Of a DNA stretch of 64,000 nucleotides, positions 63,290 through 64,000 are shown one piece after another. The notes under the pieces were generated by a model. The model ran no database searches. It was not told the origin of the DNA and saw only the letters and a program-made list of their open reading frames with translations. This stretch comes from Limnothrix sp. BL-A-16 (GTDB taxonomy: Bacteria; Cyanobacteriota; Cyanobacteriia; CACIAM-69d): contig CP166615.1 of assembly GCA_041937175.2 (NCBI GenBank), positions 4,160,001 to 4,224,000 of the forward strand, given 5' to 3'. A program made the position numbers and the translations under genes. The stretch's first letter is position 1, and every line of letters starts with the position of its first letter.

Positions 63290-63796
63290 CTAGAATAGGG
63301 TGATTTTGGGGTTTTCATCGATGCGAACGGTGAGCGATCGCTCGATTTGCCCCCGGTACTGGAGTTTCGAGATCCCATCCTCAGGATGAGTGACCGATCG
63401 CGCACGGATAGTCAACGAGGGCTGCCCCCCCACTCGTCCGGGGGAGTAGAGGTCGATCGCCGCTTGCTTGAGGGTGGCCACCAACGCCTCCGCTGATAAA
63501 TCTGGCGAAACGGCGATCGTGGCGAGGGTTGCCCCCGTGTCATAAACCAGGTGGTAGGCGGCAGCTCCCTCAATGCGCGGCCGTTCCCGGAGGCTGAGGC
63601 CAAAACCAAACAGCCCCGCTGCCACCACGATCGTGAACGCGGTGACTCCCACCAGTCGAAACCGCCAGGCCCAGCCCAGCACAAACGCCAAAATCGTCAA
63701 CAACAAAAACAGACCATCGGCCGCCAAAGTCCACTTGGCCCCCTCGATCGCCAGTTCCGTCAGCCCTTTGCCATCCAGAAGTTGACTGAAATCCAT
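63290..63796 (-). CDS. ycf51: Ycf51 (DUF2518) family protein
   Basis: WRFRLVGVT.F, LVYDTG, TLKQAA.DLYSPGR, IRAR...HPE.GIS. Confidence 0.85.
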   Translation of the reverse strand: MDFSQLLDGKGLTELAIEGAKWTLAADGLFLLLTILAFVLGWAWRFRLVGVTAFTIVVAAGLFGFGLSLRERPRIEGAAAYHLVYDTGATLATIAVSPDLSAEALVATLKQAAIDLYSPGRVGGQPSLTIRARSVTHPEDGISKLQYRGQIERSLTVRIDENPKITLF

Positions 63797-63973
63797 CGTT
63801 TGAATTCTCCTTACCTGTGCTGTTTTTGTAGACTGGCTGTTTTTTTAGAAATTGATCTTTGATTGTTGATCTTTGATTGTTGATCTTTTTGATCTTTGAG
63901 CGGTGTTTTGGCTATTACGAGAGTGCCTGAGAAGTAGCCTGAGGGGCTAACCAAGCGCCAACAGTTGTGGGGG

Positions 63974-63993
63974 CAAGGAGCTTCAGCCCCTTG
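63974..63993. repeat. Degenerate copy of the 20-bp palindrome
   Basis: CAAGGAGCTTCAGCCCCTTG preceded by GTGGGGG, as in other copies. Confidence 0.75.
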
Positions 63994-64000
63994 TCTGGGC

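Noticed and set aside
1..64000. Abundance of GCGATCGC as a novel repeat
   Set aside because: This is HIP1, a well-known cyanobacterial feature; it was used here only as a marker of native versus foreign DNA

Overview
Chromosomal window from a GC-rich cyanobacterium. Evidence: a split rpoC1/rpoC2, acsF, gun4, ictB, ycf51 and very abundant HIP1 GCGATCGC; a hetZ-patU pair suggests a filamentous strain. Most of the window is housekeeping: pyk, clpP, nfuA, hemF, mrp, rodA, ribE, plsX-fabH, thrS, rqcH, gcvT, rpsT-tatD-rpoB-rpoC1-rpoC2, hisD, acsF, VKOR and a PP2C phosphatase. Four things stand out. (1) A 2.3-kb AT-rich, HIP1-free, integrase-less islet is inserted in the 3' end of thrS. It is bounded by a 60-bp direct repeat that leaves two alternative ThrRS C-termini, and it carries an ABC-type ATPase plus a PIN-like gene, a candidate unnamed defence module. 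(2) RpoC1 carries an extra ~65-aa insert that resembles a sandwich-barrel hybrid repeat of RpoC2 from the same operon. (3) A 20-bp palindrome, CAAGGGGCTTAAGCCCCTTG, sits inside two different MITE families and appears to seed tandem-repeat arrays. (4) A dense GATC cluster lies upstream of a degenerate GGDEF sensor. No rRNA, tRNA, CRISPR array, transposase or integrase was recognised. All product calls come from motif recognition by eye; no database search was run.
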